From: an uncultured Poribacteria bacterium
GTDB taxonomy: Bacteria > Poribacteria > WGA-4E > WGA-3G
Reading direction: 5' to 3'
Length of the DNA stretch: 64,000 nt
Assembly (NCBI GenBank): GCA_958296135.2
Contig: CATQHZ020000001.1
Coordinates: 928,001 to 992,000 of the forward strand
Below the pieces are notes generated by a model. That model was not told where the DNA came from, searched no databases, and was given only the letters and a program-made list of their open reading frames with translations. The position numbers and the translations under genes were made by a program. Shown here one piece after another: positions 28,992 to 37,995 of the stretch (positions within the stretch are counted from its first letter, which is position 1; each line of letters begins with the position of its first letter).

Positions 28992-29741
28992 TTAATCGAA
29001 CTGCTTCAATTTTCCCCACAGCACTGGCAATTTATCCGACGGTTCCACGGCGAATGCGGTATGCCAGATGCCGTTGTTCATAATCCCCTGGATTTCGTCT
29101 TCAGAGAGGGCATCGTTAAACAGCCCTACTTCGTCCATGATACAGGCGGAGATGAAGCCGGTGCCTTTGTCTGTGGCGAGCCATGCCGTCTGGTCTTGTT
29201 CTTGGAGTTGGAACTTGGGCACGTCTTGTGCGACTTTTTCCTCGCCGTTGACGTAGATACTCGCGGTTTTTCCATCGTATGTGTTCGCGACGTGGTACCA
29301 TGTGCCAGCCTTGACGGTTACGCCGCTGCTGATATCCCAGCTGTTTGTCCAGCTGCGGAGCAGGTTTCCGCCGTTTTTGTAAGGCACGTAGCGGTTGTTG
29401 CTCTGGTCCCAGATGGAGAAGTAGTTTTGCTGTCCGGCGATGTCGGTAAACTGAATCCACAAGATGAAGCTCATCTTATCCGTTACTGCGCTGTCGCCGA
29501 TGGGGATGGTGACGGTGCCGCCCTTCTTAATCTCGGCTGCGCCGTCCACTTCGCCGTCCACCCATTCGCCTTTGGTGATCTGGCCGTCGTGTCCGTTTTC
29601 AGATGCGTCTTCGGCGGTGTCGCCCTTGCCTTCGTCTAATAGCCATATCCCGATAATTTTATCGGGCTCGATTTCGGTATGGCTATAAGGGGTGCCGATA
29701 CCGAGCGCAATCATCGCGCAGAGAATTAGTTTGAACGTCAT
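28992..29741 (-). CDS. Secreted LamG/concanavalin-like domain protein
   Basis: Signal peptide; 'WLLDEGKG','WYHVA.TYDG','YVNG','MDEV.LFN.ALSEDEI'; C-terminal AVEPSDKLPVLWGKLK. Confidence 0.88.
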   Translation of the reverse strand: MTFKLILCAMIALGIGTPYSHTEIEPDKIIGIWLLDEGKGDTAEDASENGHDGQITKGEWVDGEVDGAAEIKKGGTVTIPIGDSAVTDKMSFILWIQFTDIAGQQNYFSIWDQSNNRYVPYKNGGNLLRSWTNSWDISSGVTVKAGTWYHVANTYDGKTASIYVNGEEKVAQDVPKFQLQEQDQTAWLATDKGTGFISACIMDEVGLFNDALSEDEIQGIMNNGIWHTAFAVEPSDKLPVLWGKLKQFD

Positions 29742-29900
29742 ATTTTCTCTCCCTCTGTTACGTAAATTCTGTCGTTTCCTGTAGGTGCGGTTTGCAACTG
29801 CGCTTACCGCGGGGTGTTGCTGCATGAGTCCTAGTGTTAAAATTATATGCGATCTGCGGCGAAATTGCAAGTTTAATTTCATTTTTTTTGCGATTTTAAT

Positions 29901-29929
29901 TTGACAAATTGCGAAATGTTGGGTATACT
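29901..29929 (+). promoter_or_regulatory. Sigma70 promoter of tRNA-Leu(CAG)
   Basis: TTGACA-17 bp-TATACT. Confidence 0.8.
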
Positions 29930-29956
29930 ATATACAACATAGCAGATGTCAGGTTT

Positions 29957-30042
29957 GCCGGGATGCTGGAATTTGGTAGACAGGCTAGATTCAGGTTCTA
30001 GTGTGCATTATGCGCGTAAGGGTTCGAGTCCCTTTCCCGGCA
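29957..30042 (+). tRNA. tRNA-Leu(CAG)
   Basis: Anticodon arm ctaga-ttCAGgt-tctag; long variable arm; acceptor gccggga/tcccggc. Confidence 0.95.
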
Positions 30043-30214
30043 TTTTGAAATCGTCACCTAGTCCGTATCGCGATGGTTTCGGGAGCGATCGCGAGGGACA
30101 GGCCCTCGCGCTACGGTTTGTGGGCGTTCTTCGGTTCGGTGAGGGGCATGTCCGTCGTGCTATGGTTTGCGGGCGTTCTTCGGTTCGGTGAAGACTAGGG
30201 CTTTGCGCAACTAA

Positions 30215-31402
30215 TTATTCTGCAGGTTTCTCTAACGTTTCCGGTACGAGTTTCAAGAAGATACCTACGGCAAGATAGCCGACTCCTCCTAAGACATATC
30301 CGGCGTAATTCAACCCGAGCAAATCTGCGACGTTGCCGACAACGATGGGTCCCGCCGCGCCGCCAAAATCACCAGTGAGCCGCCACAGGCCGAGGAATTC
30401 TCCCTTCGTGCTTTGCGTGTTTCCGCTAGCAAGCCATCTGCCTTTCGGTTCCTGAGGTGCCAAATCTGCTCCCAGTGTCATCATTGTGCCGGATGCGATG
30501 CCGTTACCGATGCGCATGAAAATGGCTACCCCCAATAACGCCGTGAGCGTGTGCGTTAACGGCATGAGCAACATTCCTGTAGCAAAAATGCATATCCCCG
30601 GTACTGTGGCGTATCGTCGTCCAAACCTGTCCATCATAAACCCGGCGAGTGGGAACATAGACATATCTACTGCTGAGGAAATCATCACCGTCCAGCGTAC
30701 CTTTTGCGTTGTTAGGCCGATGATTTCGTCGCCGTAGAGCGGAATGATGAGGTGCGCGCCGCGGCGAATTGTCTGGACGAAAACCTGTCCGAGTCCCGCC
30801 GTGGCCAGGATGCGCCGATGCTGATAGAAAACGTGTCGTAACCTGCGGAGATAAGGCACTTTTTCGCCGGTTGCCTGCGAGATTGCCGGTGGCATGTGCG
30901 GCAGGAAGAAAAAACAGAGGACGAGGTTCAAAAGCACGATGCCTGCGTAAACGAAGAACGGGATGCGGAGATTCGTGCCGAGGAAGATAGCACCGAACTG
31001 CCCGGCGAAGGTGCCCATCCGGTTCACGCCGCCGAACAGCGCGATGGCTCTGCCTCGCTGCGCGATGGGGATGACATCTGTCATATAGGCGTGTCGGGAG
31101 AGCATCCAAAACGCGTTTCCGATGCCGCCAATCAGTTGTGCGGCGATGAGTTGGACAAAATTCCCCGCTATGCCCATTCCAATTGTTGAGATGCCTATCA
31201 TGCTGAGTCCGAGCAACATGGCTGCTTTTCGTCCGAGCCGTTCCACGAAAAAGCCGGCTGGGATATTTCCGAGAACTCCTACTGCGAGCACGAGCATTGT
31301 CAGCGTGTATGACAGCTCAAACGATTTGACGTAAATCGAGAGTGTCGGTGAAACGATGCCGCCGCCTGTTGCGAGGAGAAACGCGGGAATATAGATGGGC
31401 AA
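30215..31402 (-). CDS. MFS transporter
   Basis: About 12 hydrophobic segments; 'G.FVERLGRK' and 'G.MMDRFGRR' motif A; true start uncertain. Confidence 0.88.
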   Translation of the reverse strand: MPIYIPAFLLATGGGIVSPTLSIYVKSFELSYTLTMLVLAVGVLGNIPAGFFVERLGRKAAMLLGLSMIGISTIGMGIAGNFVQLIAAQLIGGIGNAFWMLSRHAYMTDVIPIAQRGRAIALFGGVNRMGTFAGQFGAIFLGTNLRIPFFVYAGIVLLNLVLCFFFLPHMPPAISQATGEKVPYLRRLRHVFYQHRRILATAGLGQVFVQTIRRGAHLIIPLYGDEIIGLTTQKVRWTVMISSAVDMSMFPLAGFMMDRFGRRYATVPGICIFATGMLLMPLTHTLTALLGVAIFMRIGNGIASGTMMTLGADLAPQEPKGRWLASGNTQSTKGEFLGLWRLTGDFGGAAGPIVVGNVADLLGLNYAGYVLGGVGYLAVGIFLKLVPETLEKPAE

Positions 31403-31521
31403 GATGAGTGAAACTCGGCTAAATTTGTTGCCTTGGATTTTGGGGGTTCCTCTGACATGGCGATGGCCAGTCTCGCCCTACGGGTTGGGTGGCGATTTCT
31501 CTTCCGTTTCCCGAGATGGTA

Positions 31522-32061
31522 TTAAAGCGCCGTTAGCGCATCAGCGTAGCACTGATAGGTGGCTTCGTCAAAAAGAATAAATTGGATGCATGTGGGGACT
31601 GAGCCGCTGCTGGCGACAAATTCCTTCACGGTGCGGAGCGCGATGGCCGCCGCTTTCTCTGTCGGGTATCCGTAAATACCGGTGCTAATTGATGGGAAGG
31701 CGAGCGTGTGCGCGCCATTTTCTACGGCAAGTTGGAGGCTTTCTCGGTAGCAGCTGGCGAGCAATTCGGGTTCACCGGCGGTGCCGCCCTCCCAGATGGG
31801 CCCGGCGGTATGAATGACATGCTTCGCGAGAAGGTTGCCGCCGGTAGTGATAACGGCTTTGCCTGTCTCTATGCCGCCTTGGCGTTCGCGAATTTGGGCG
31901 CATTCTTGTTCGATTGCTTCGCCGCCGGCGCGCCGAATTGCCCCGTCTACGCCGCCACCGCCGATAAGTGCCGTGTTCGCGGCGTTGACGATGGCATCTA
32001 CCTGCGCTGTAGTGATGTCGCCTTGGATGAGCTCAATGCGGGCATTTTGTGTAAGGTGCAT
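31522..32061 (-). CDS. Macro domain protein (O-acetyl-ADP-ribose deacetylase, YmdB-like)
   Basis: [39 protein letters not shown]. Confidence 0.93.
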   Translation of the reverse strand: MHLTQNARIELIQGDITTAQVDAIVNAANTALIGGGGVDGAIRRAGGEAIEQECAQIRERQGGIETGKAVITTGGNLLAKHVIHTAGPIWEGGTAGEPELLASCYRESLQLAVENGAHTLAFPSISTGIYGYPTEKAAAIALRTVKEFVASSGSVPTCIQFILFDEATYQCYADALTAL

Positions 32062-32260
32062 GGTTTGTTTCTGTTCCCTGAAATCGAGACATATCTGGAT
32101 AAATCCGTGCGAATCCGTCCGATTTCTGAAGTTCCTGCTTCATCACGAGGTGCCTCCGAATGAGGGCTTACCTTCGCTCCACAGGCGTTTAAGGTATTAC
32201 CTCTCGGATACGAGAGGTAATACCCATGCCTCTCCGTCAAACCAGCGGCGAGGGTTCTAA
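32055..32260 (-). ncRNA. TnpB omegaRNA (scaffold overlapping the tnpB 3' end; guide = flank 32070-32055; boundaries approximate)
   Basis: Position at the right end; blocks aaacgcctgtggag...gatgaagcaggaa conserved with the sister element. Confidence 0.65.
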
Positions 32261-33480
32261 ATTTATAGCAGCGTTCCGGTCGCGGTCCATCCGCAACCCA
32301 CAGTCACTGCAGTGATACTCACGTTCCGATAACGTGAGCGTATCCTTCTTATATCCGCAAGCACTGCACGTCTTCGAGGAAGCGAACCACTGAGATGCTT
32401 CCTCAATATGCACGCCAAGTGCCTGTGCCTTCGTCTTTAACTTGGAGAGGAATCCACCCAGTGCAGCGTCCGACAATGCTTTCGCAAGCCGACGGTTCTT
32501 GAGCATACCTTTGACGTTCAGAGACTCAATGCCTATCGCCGACACGCCCTGCACAATCGCCGTGCTGGCTTTGTGATGCGCGTCTTCGCGGATGCAAGCG
32601 ATACGATAGTGGATACGGACAACACGTTCCTTCTTTTTCCACCAATTCTGACTACGATAGACTGAACGACTCAGGGCGCGCTGCGCACGGCAAAGTTGAC
32701 GTTGATAACGGGCCAAGGCGCGTGGGTTTCCAAAGGTGCGTCCATCAGAGCAAGTGGCGAGGGTGTTGATACCCACATCGATGCCCACGGGAGGCAAACC
32801 ACGTAAATCGGGCTTGGAAACCATTGACAGGGTTTCGACGAGCACCGATGCAAACCAACGATGCCCTCGCTTCTTAATCACTACGCGCATCACGTCGCCT
32901 TTGAACCGCAATGCTTCAAACGTCCGCACCCAGCCTATCTTCGGCAGGAAAAGCCGTTTACCTTCACATTTTATCGCATTGCGTTTATTGTCGACGCGAA
33001 ACGATTGTTTACCCGACTTCCGCTTATACTTTGGAAACTTGGCAAGTTTGTTTTTCCACCGTTGACACGCCGTGTTAAAATCATCGAAGGCATGTGATGC
33101 TACGCGGGCGATGAGCGGTTTCTGCCAGTCAAACTGCGTATCTTTTACGGCATTAAACCGAGTGCGTAGCGTGCGCCCATTCCGCCATTCGCCTTCAGCT
33201 AACCCTGCTTTGAAATCGGACAAAGCAGCGTTATAGACAAATCGGCGGAATCCCGCGTGCTGATGAAATTGTTGAACCTGTGCCGTTGTCGGGCGCAGTG
33301 CAATATTGTGCGTTTTCATGAGGTGTTCCCGTATGCCGTGTTTGCCTTTATCACAAGGTGGGCAATGCGCTGGCGGTGATATCATTGCCCAACACGGTAA
33401 CACTTATGTTGCCGTTTATCACGATAAATCCGCTTTTACCACGATGTGTCTCGATTTTCGGGGGCTAGGAACGTCCTCCT
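32071..33480 (-). mobile_element. TnpB-only IS607-like element (no transposase gene)
   Basis: AG dinucleotide at both ends; subterminal inverted repeat gaaatcgagacatatc (32080) / gatgtgtctcgattttc (33443); ends shared with 16752..17476. Confidence 0.75.
32237..33319 (-). CDS. tnpB: RNA-guided endonuclease TnpB
   Basis: RuvC GIDVG / IESLNV / DRDRNAAINL; Zn finger CSACG...CSDCG; 'RFVYN'. Confidence 0.95.
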   Translation of the reverse strand: MKTHNIALRPTTAQVQQFHQHAGFRRFVYNAALSDFKAGLAEGEWRNGRTLRTRFNAVKDTQFDWQKPLIARVASHAFDDFNTACQRWKNKLAKFPKYKRKSGKQSFRVDNKRNAIKCEGKRLFLPKIGWVRTFEALRFKGDVMRVVIKKRGHRWFASVLVETLSMVSKPDLRGLPPVGIDVGINTLATCSDGRTFGNPRALARYQRQLCRAQRALSRSVYRSQNWWKKKERVVRIHYRIACIREDAHHKASTAIVQGVSAIGIESLNVKGMLKNRRLAKALSDAALGGFLSKLKTKAQALGVHIEEASQWFASSKTCSACGYKKDTLTLSEREYHCSDCGLRMDRDRNAAINLEPSPLV

Positions 33481-33534
33481 CGGCACGGCGAGGGACAGTT
33501 CCTCGCGCTACGGTTTTGGTGCTGCTTGCGTTAC

Positions 33535-33706
33535 GAGGGACAGTGGACATCTCTGCAGCGAGGCTGCAGAGATGACAAAGTTAAAGTAAGGTAGCGTGTT
33601 TACGCGGGGCGACACACGCACGTTTGCTGTAGACGTGACCGTGTTTACGCGGGGCGACACACGCACGTTTGCTGTAGGCGTGACCGTGACGGCCCTCGCC
33701 CTACGG
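33535..33706 (+). repeat. REP-loop insertion element (two 45-bp units)
   Basis: Same ends and core as 22309..22521. Confidence 0.88.
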
Positions 33707-33711
33707 TTCTC

Positions 33712-34677
33712 TCACCGTCTTTTCTGAAGAAAGCCGGTCTGATGCAATTCCTGCAGCACAAATGGTTCTATCGGGTTCTCGCTGTTGAGTCGTGCGTAGC
33801 CGATACCCTGTTCTGCGCAGAAGCGTTGCAAGTTGGCACAAAAAGTTTTGTGTTGATGCTGATACTGCGCAAGGGTTTCCTCATTCATCGTAATGGCTTT
33901 CGTTTCGCCGGTTTCGGCATCTTCCAATTGCCACTGGTGTCCGTAGGGTGAAGCCTTGTCCTTCGCCATGCCCGTTTGAATTGGCTCTGTCTCCTCCGAG
34001 CTCATTAGATGAATTGCGGTTAGCGAGAACCCGCGGCCTGCCAATAGCTTGAAACCGGTTGCGTAACCGTCTGCATCTAAAAAATCTGACAAGATGACAG
34101 TGACACCTGGCCGGGGTTGATGTGTTGCAAGGTGGCTGAGGCAGGCGGTTATTCGGGTTCCGTCTGCATGGCGAGGGACAGAGGCGGACGGCTGCCCTAC
34201 GGTTACGGAAGGCGGTTCCTGTGCCTCAATTGTCTCAAGAACCTTCGTGATGCGTGGGAACTGCGATTTTCCTGATGTCGGCGGCAGGGTTGCAACGAGG
34301 CGTTCTGCGAACGTGTAAACGGCGAGGCTGTCGGAATGGGCAACTGCAATGAAGGCTAGTGCCGCTGCAATCTGCTTTGCGCGCGTTAATTTTGTCGGAT
34401 TCCCAAACTGCATCGAGCGGCTATTATCGATGAGGCATGTGACTGGCAGTTCTTCGTCGGCTTGGAAGAGTTTGATAAAGGGCTTCTCTAGGCGTGCGTA
34501 GACGTTCCAGTCGAGGTGCCGCAAATCATCGCCGAGTTCATAGACGCGATAATCGGCGAATTCGATGCCGGTTCCGCGGTTGAGGCTTCGGCGTTCGCCT
34601 CTCAATTTTCCGCGGAACGAGTGTTTCGTGCGGATAGAGTAAGGTTGAAGTTGTTTCAGAAATTCCGGTGTCAACAT
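33712..34677 (-). CDS. DUF58 domain (vWA-like, MoxR-associated) protein
   Basis: 'GIEFADYRVY..GDDLRHLDWN.YAR', 'DNSRSM', 'SDFLD'. Confidence 0.9.
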   Translation of the reverse strand: MLTPEFLKQLQPYSIRTKHSFRGKLRGERRSLNRGTGIEFADYRVYELGDDLRHLDWNVYARLEKPFIKLFQADEELPVTCLIDNSRSMQFGNPTKLTRAKQIAAALAFIAVAHSDSLAVYTFAERLVATLPPTSGKSQFPRITKVLETIEAQEPPSVTVGQPSASVPRHADGTRITACLSHLATHQPRPGVTVILSDFLDADGYATGFKLLAGRGFSLTAIHLMSSEETEPIQTGMAKDKASPYGHQWQLEDAETGETKAITMNEETLAQYQHQHKTFCANLQRFCAEQGIGYARLNSENPIEPFVLQELHQTGFLQKRR

Positions 34678-34869
34678 CGGTTTTAGCGTATTTGTCCCAC
34701 AATGTGCCAGTTCGTGATGGACGCAAGTGCCAGATTCTCCACCGTTGCACGCTTTGGCAGCGCGCCTACGGGGTCGCGTACAAGTTCAGGCCTACAAGTT
34801 CAGGCCCACAAGTTTTGTGAGGAATTATAGCAGCTCTGAAGAAAAAAAGCAAGAAATTTCAAATTTAAC

Positions 34870-34898
34870 TTGACAAACGCGGGAAAATGTGTTATAAT
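34870..34898 (+). promoter_or_regulatory. Sigma70 promoter of the tRNA cluster
   Basis: TTGACA-17 bp-TATAAT. Confidence 0.88.
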
Positions 34899-34971
34899 TA
34901 TTAACGGTCTTCACGTTTAGGGGTGGTAGCGGCTGTAAAAAGTTTTGCTGCCTTTAACTCACAACGAATTT

Positions 34972-35046
34972 CGGGGCGTAGCGCAGCCCGGCTAGCGCGT
35001 CTGCTTTGGGAGCAGAAGGTCGGAGGTTCAAATCCTCTCGCCCCGA
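34972..35046 (+). tRNA. tRNA-Pro(TGG)
   Basis: tctgc-ttTGGga-gcaga; acceptor cggggcg/cgccccg. Confidence 0.95.
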
Positions 35047-35063
35047 TCTGCCATACAAAATGC

Positions 35064-35137
35064 GCGCCTATAGCTCAATCGGATAGAGCAACGGATTTCT
35101 AATCCGTAGGTTGCAGGTTCGATTCCTGCTAGGCGTG
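35064..35137 (+). tRNA. tRNA-Arg(TCT)
   Basis: acgga-ttTCTaa-tccgt. Confidence 0.95.
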
Positions 35138-35191
35138 TTAGGGAAGGCGTAGTTTGCGCGGGACAGGCGTTCGCGCTGCGATAAATCTTGC

Positions 35192-35264
35192 GGTGGATGT
35201 AGCTCAGGGGTAGAGCACTTGACTGTGGATCAAGTGGGCGTGGGTTCAAATCCCATCATCCACC
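35192..35264 (+). tRNA. tRNA-His(GTG)
   Basis: cttga-ctGTGga-tcaag; G-1 encoded, C discriminator. Confidence 0.95.
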
Positions 35265-35434
35265 TTTCATCGGCTTGTAGTGCGGGATACCCTCCTGTCC
35301 TGCACTACGGGGGGCATTCTAAGAGAGGATGGGCGTTAAGACGGGCCTGTCCGCCCGACGGTTTGCGGTTCTGCTTAGCGTGGTTACTGTTTCAATCGCG
35401 ATGCTGTTCTGTCGGGTTCAAAGCGAGAAAAGGT

Positions 35435-35507
35435 GCGCCGTTAGCTCAATTGGCAGAGCATCTGACTCTTAATCAGGCGGTTGAAGGTTCGATTCCTTCA
35501 CGGCGCA
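35435..35507 (+). tRNA. tRNA-Lys(CTT)
   Basis: tctga-ctCTTaa-tcagg. Confidence 0.95.
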
Positions 35508-35564
35508 ATTTTTCTGTATGGCCCGAAGGGGGCTGCGTGAGTTTTTGAGCGCGCGAGCCCTTTT

Positions 35565-35649
35565 GGGCGGGTGCTGGAATTGGTAGACAGGATAGACTTA
35601 GGATCTATTGGGGTTACGCCTCGTGAGGGTTCAAGTCCCTCCTCGCCCA
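35565..35649 (+). tRNA. tRNA-Leu(TAG)
   Basis: ataga-ctTAGga-tctat; long variable arm. Confidence 0.95.
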
Positions 35650-35844
35650 TACTGAAACCCGTGGGTTATGGCTTTCTAGTGTTCGGCATGCGTGATGCGG
35701 TATCAAGGATGCAATAGCATTTTCAGGATGGTTATCGCGCTTCGGTGCCGCCGAGAAAACTCTACCTACTACGCGATAAAATCGGAGCGCATTCCAAAGT
35801 TTTTGGAGAAGTAACTATTCCGATAAAGCACCGCGAGGTGCTTC

Positions 35845-37197
35845 ATGTCTATAGGAGATGGCCGTGTTCCGCTTTGCGGCCGTACAGAAAATTTGAAAGT
35901 TGAAGTTGAAAGGCTAGACAGCACGCAAGTCCGTTTGGATATTGAGGTGCCTGTTGAAGATGTCAATCAGGCACTTGAGGAGACGTACCAGTCTCTCCGC
36001 GACCAGGTGGCGATTCCGGGTTTTCGGAAAGGGCGCGTTCCGGTCCGAATCCTAAAGACGCGTTACCCTGAGTACATCAACAGCGAGAGCGTCCGGCACC
36101 TCGTCGTCAACGCGTATGAAGAGGCTATCTATGCGGAACATTTGACACCTCTTGCGCAGCCTGTTTTCGCGCCGCCGCTCAAACAGCTCAACGTCAGCGA
36201 GAACCGGCCGCTCATCTTCTCCGCCACCGTTGACATCCGCCCGAGTCTCAGCCTGCCCCAGTATGATGAACTGACGACAGACAAGGCCCCTGTTGATGTG
36301 CCGCGCGAAGAAGTCGACGCGTATATTGAGCAGCTGCGTTCACAATCCGCAACTTATGAGCCGCTTGAGGACGAACGGCCCGTCCAAGAGAGCGATTGTG
36401 TCCGATTGGACTGGGAGTGCTTTATCAACGGTGAACACGTTGAGGCTGAATCCCGCCAAGATGTCGACGTAGAGCTCGGCGTAGGCGCATTTCACGAGCA
36501 ACTTGAGGCAGTACTCATTGGCATGGAAATCGGGGATACGCGGGCGGTAGAGATTCCGTTTGATGCAAACCACCCTTCGCCTATCCTCGCCGGAAACACT
36601 GCGCGCTATGAGTTGACACTGCACGCGCTTACGCGGAAGCTGCTCCCCGAGTTGGACGACGAATTCGCGAAGGACCTGGGATATGAAAATTATTCCCAAC
36701 TCTACGGCGTTATCTGGAACAATCTCGTTGAGGAAGAACGGAGCCGGCATGTGGAGCGTCAACGCGCTGAACTCTTAGAGCAACTCATTGAGAAAACCGA
36801 TATCACTGTGCCGGAAACTTTAGTGCAGCAGGCACTCCGGAACCTGCAACAGCAATTTGCTGCAGAGCAGGCGCAGCAGGCAGGGGCAGGCGCGTCAGCG
36901 GGGCATCCGAGCGGCGCGCTCCCGGCAGAATTGCGGCCAGATGTGATTAAACAGATAAAGCAGTCTTGGCTCTTTGATGCAATCGCCGAGCGCGAAGGCA
37001 TTCACGTTACTGACGATGAATTGGAATTAGAGATTCGGCGCGCCGCGGAGCATCAGAATAGGGATGCACAAGACTATGCCAACTTGCTCAAATCGAGCAA
37101 CCGCTTGGAAGATTTCCGCAGCCAATTACAGAACGAGAAAATCTATCAATTCCTGATCCAACGTGCATCCACAAGTCGTTCACTTATCATCACGTGA
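35845..37197 (+). CDS. tig: Trigger factor
   Basis: IPGFRKGRVP ribosome-binding motif; 'LPELDDEFAK'; upstream of clpP; start may be TTG 35893. Confidence 0.93.
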   Translation: MSIGDGRVPLCGRTENLKVEVERLDSTQVRLDIEVPVEDVNQALEETYQSLRDQVAIPGFRKGRVPVRILKTRYPEYINSESVRHLVVNAYEEAIYAEHLTPLAQPVFAPPLKQLNVSENRPLIFSATVDIRPSLSLPQYDELTTDKAPVDVPREEVDAYIEQLRSQSATYEPLEDERPVQESDCVRLDWECFINGEHVEAESRQDVDVELGVGAFHEQLEAVLIGMEIGDTRAVEIPFDANHPSPILAGNTARYELTLHALTRKLLPELDDEFAKDLGYENYSQLYGVIWNNLVEEERSRHVERQRAELLEQLIEKTDITVPETLVQQALRNLQQQFAAEQAQQAGAGASAGHPSGALPAELRPDVIKQIKQSWLFDAIAEREGIHVTDDELELEIRRAAEHQNRDAQDYANLLKSSNRLEDFRSQLQNEKIYQFLIQRASTSRSLIIT

Positions 37198-37315
37198 GTT
37201 TTTCGTGCTGGCATCAAGCCTTTAGGCGTTGACGTGGCAGGGAACTCCGTTTACCTATCCGCAGGTCGCGTCAAGCGCGGAGACTTGGTATAACGCGTCG
37301 CGAAATACGAAAAAT

Positions 37316-37915
37316 ATGCTTATCCCCTTTGTTGTTGAACAAACCAGCCGAGGCGAACGTTCTTACGACATTTATTCTCGGCTTCTTGAAGACCGGATTA
37401 TCATGATAGGTTCACCGATTGATGATAATACGGTAGCGAACGTTGTCACGGCGCAGATGCTATTCTTAGAGGGCAAAGACCCGGGTGCTGACATTACCCT
37501 CTATATCAACAGTCCCGGCGGTTCTGTCTCAGCGGGCTTGGCTATCTACGACACAATGCAGTATATCAAGTCTGATGTGCAGACGTGGTGCATCGGTAGG
37601 GCTTACAGCATGGGTGCTATTCTGCTTGCTGCGGGCGCGCCAGGGAAACGCTATGCGTTGCCCCACGCGAAGGCCCTCATTCATCAGCCGATGGCGAGCG
37701 GTATCGGTGGGCAAGCTTCCGATATTAGCATCCATGCGGCCGAGATTCTACAAGAACGGGAGCGGCTTTACCAAATCTTGGCGAAGCATACCGGTCAGCG
37801 GATAGAGAAAATCGCTGCGGATGCGGATAGGGATTTTTATATGACAGCGGCGGAGGCCCTTGAGTACGGCATCGTGGACGAGGTTGTTGCGCAGCGTGCG
37901 GAACAACAGCGGTAA
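37316..37915 (+). CDS. clpP: ATP-dependent Clp protease proteolytic subunit
   Basis: '[12 protein letters not shown]', YINSPGG, AYSMG, IHQP, DRDFYM. Confidence 0.97.
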   Translation: MLIPFVVEQTSRGERSYDIYSRLLEDRIIMIGSPIDDNTVANVVTAQMLFLEGKDPGADITLYINSPGGSVSAGLAIYDTMQYIKSDVQTWCIGRAYSMGAILLAAGAPGKRYALPHAKALIHQPMASGIGGQASDISIHAAEILQERERLYQILAKHTGQRIEKIAADADRDFYMTAAEALEYGIVDEVVAQRAEQQR

Positions 37916-37995
37916 GCGCGGGGGTGCTCCGTGTGCGGTTTGTAAGCGCGCCTCTGGTGTGCGTGCTGCGTAAGCCAAAAAGGATAGAACCTATT

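Noticed and set aside
13845-30042. tRNA-anchored genomic island between the Leu tRNAs
   Set aside because: No integrase and no duplicated tRNA 3' end found; housekeeping genes are interspersed
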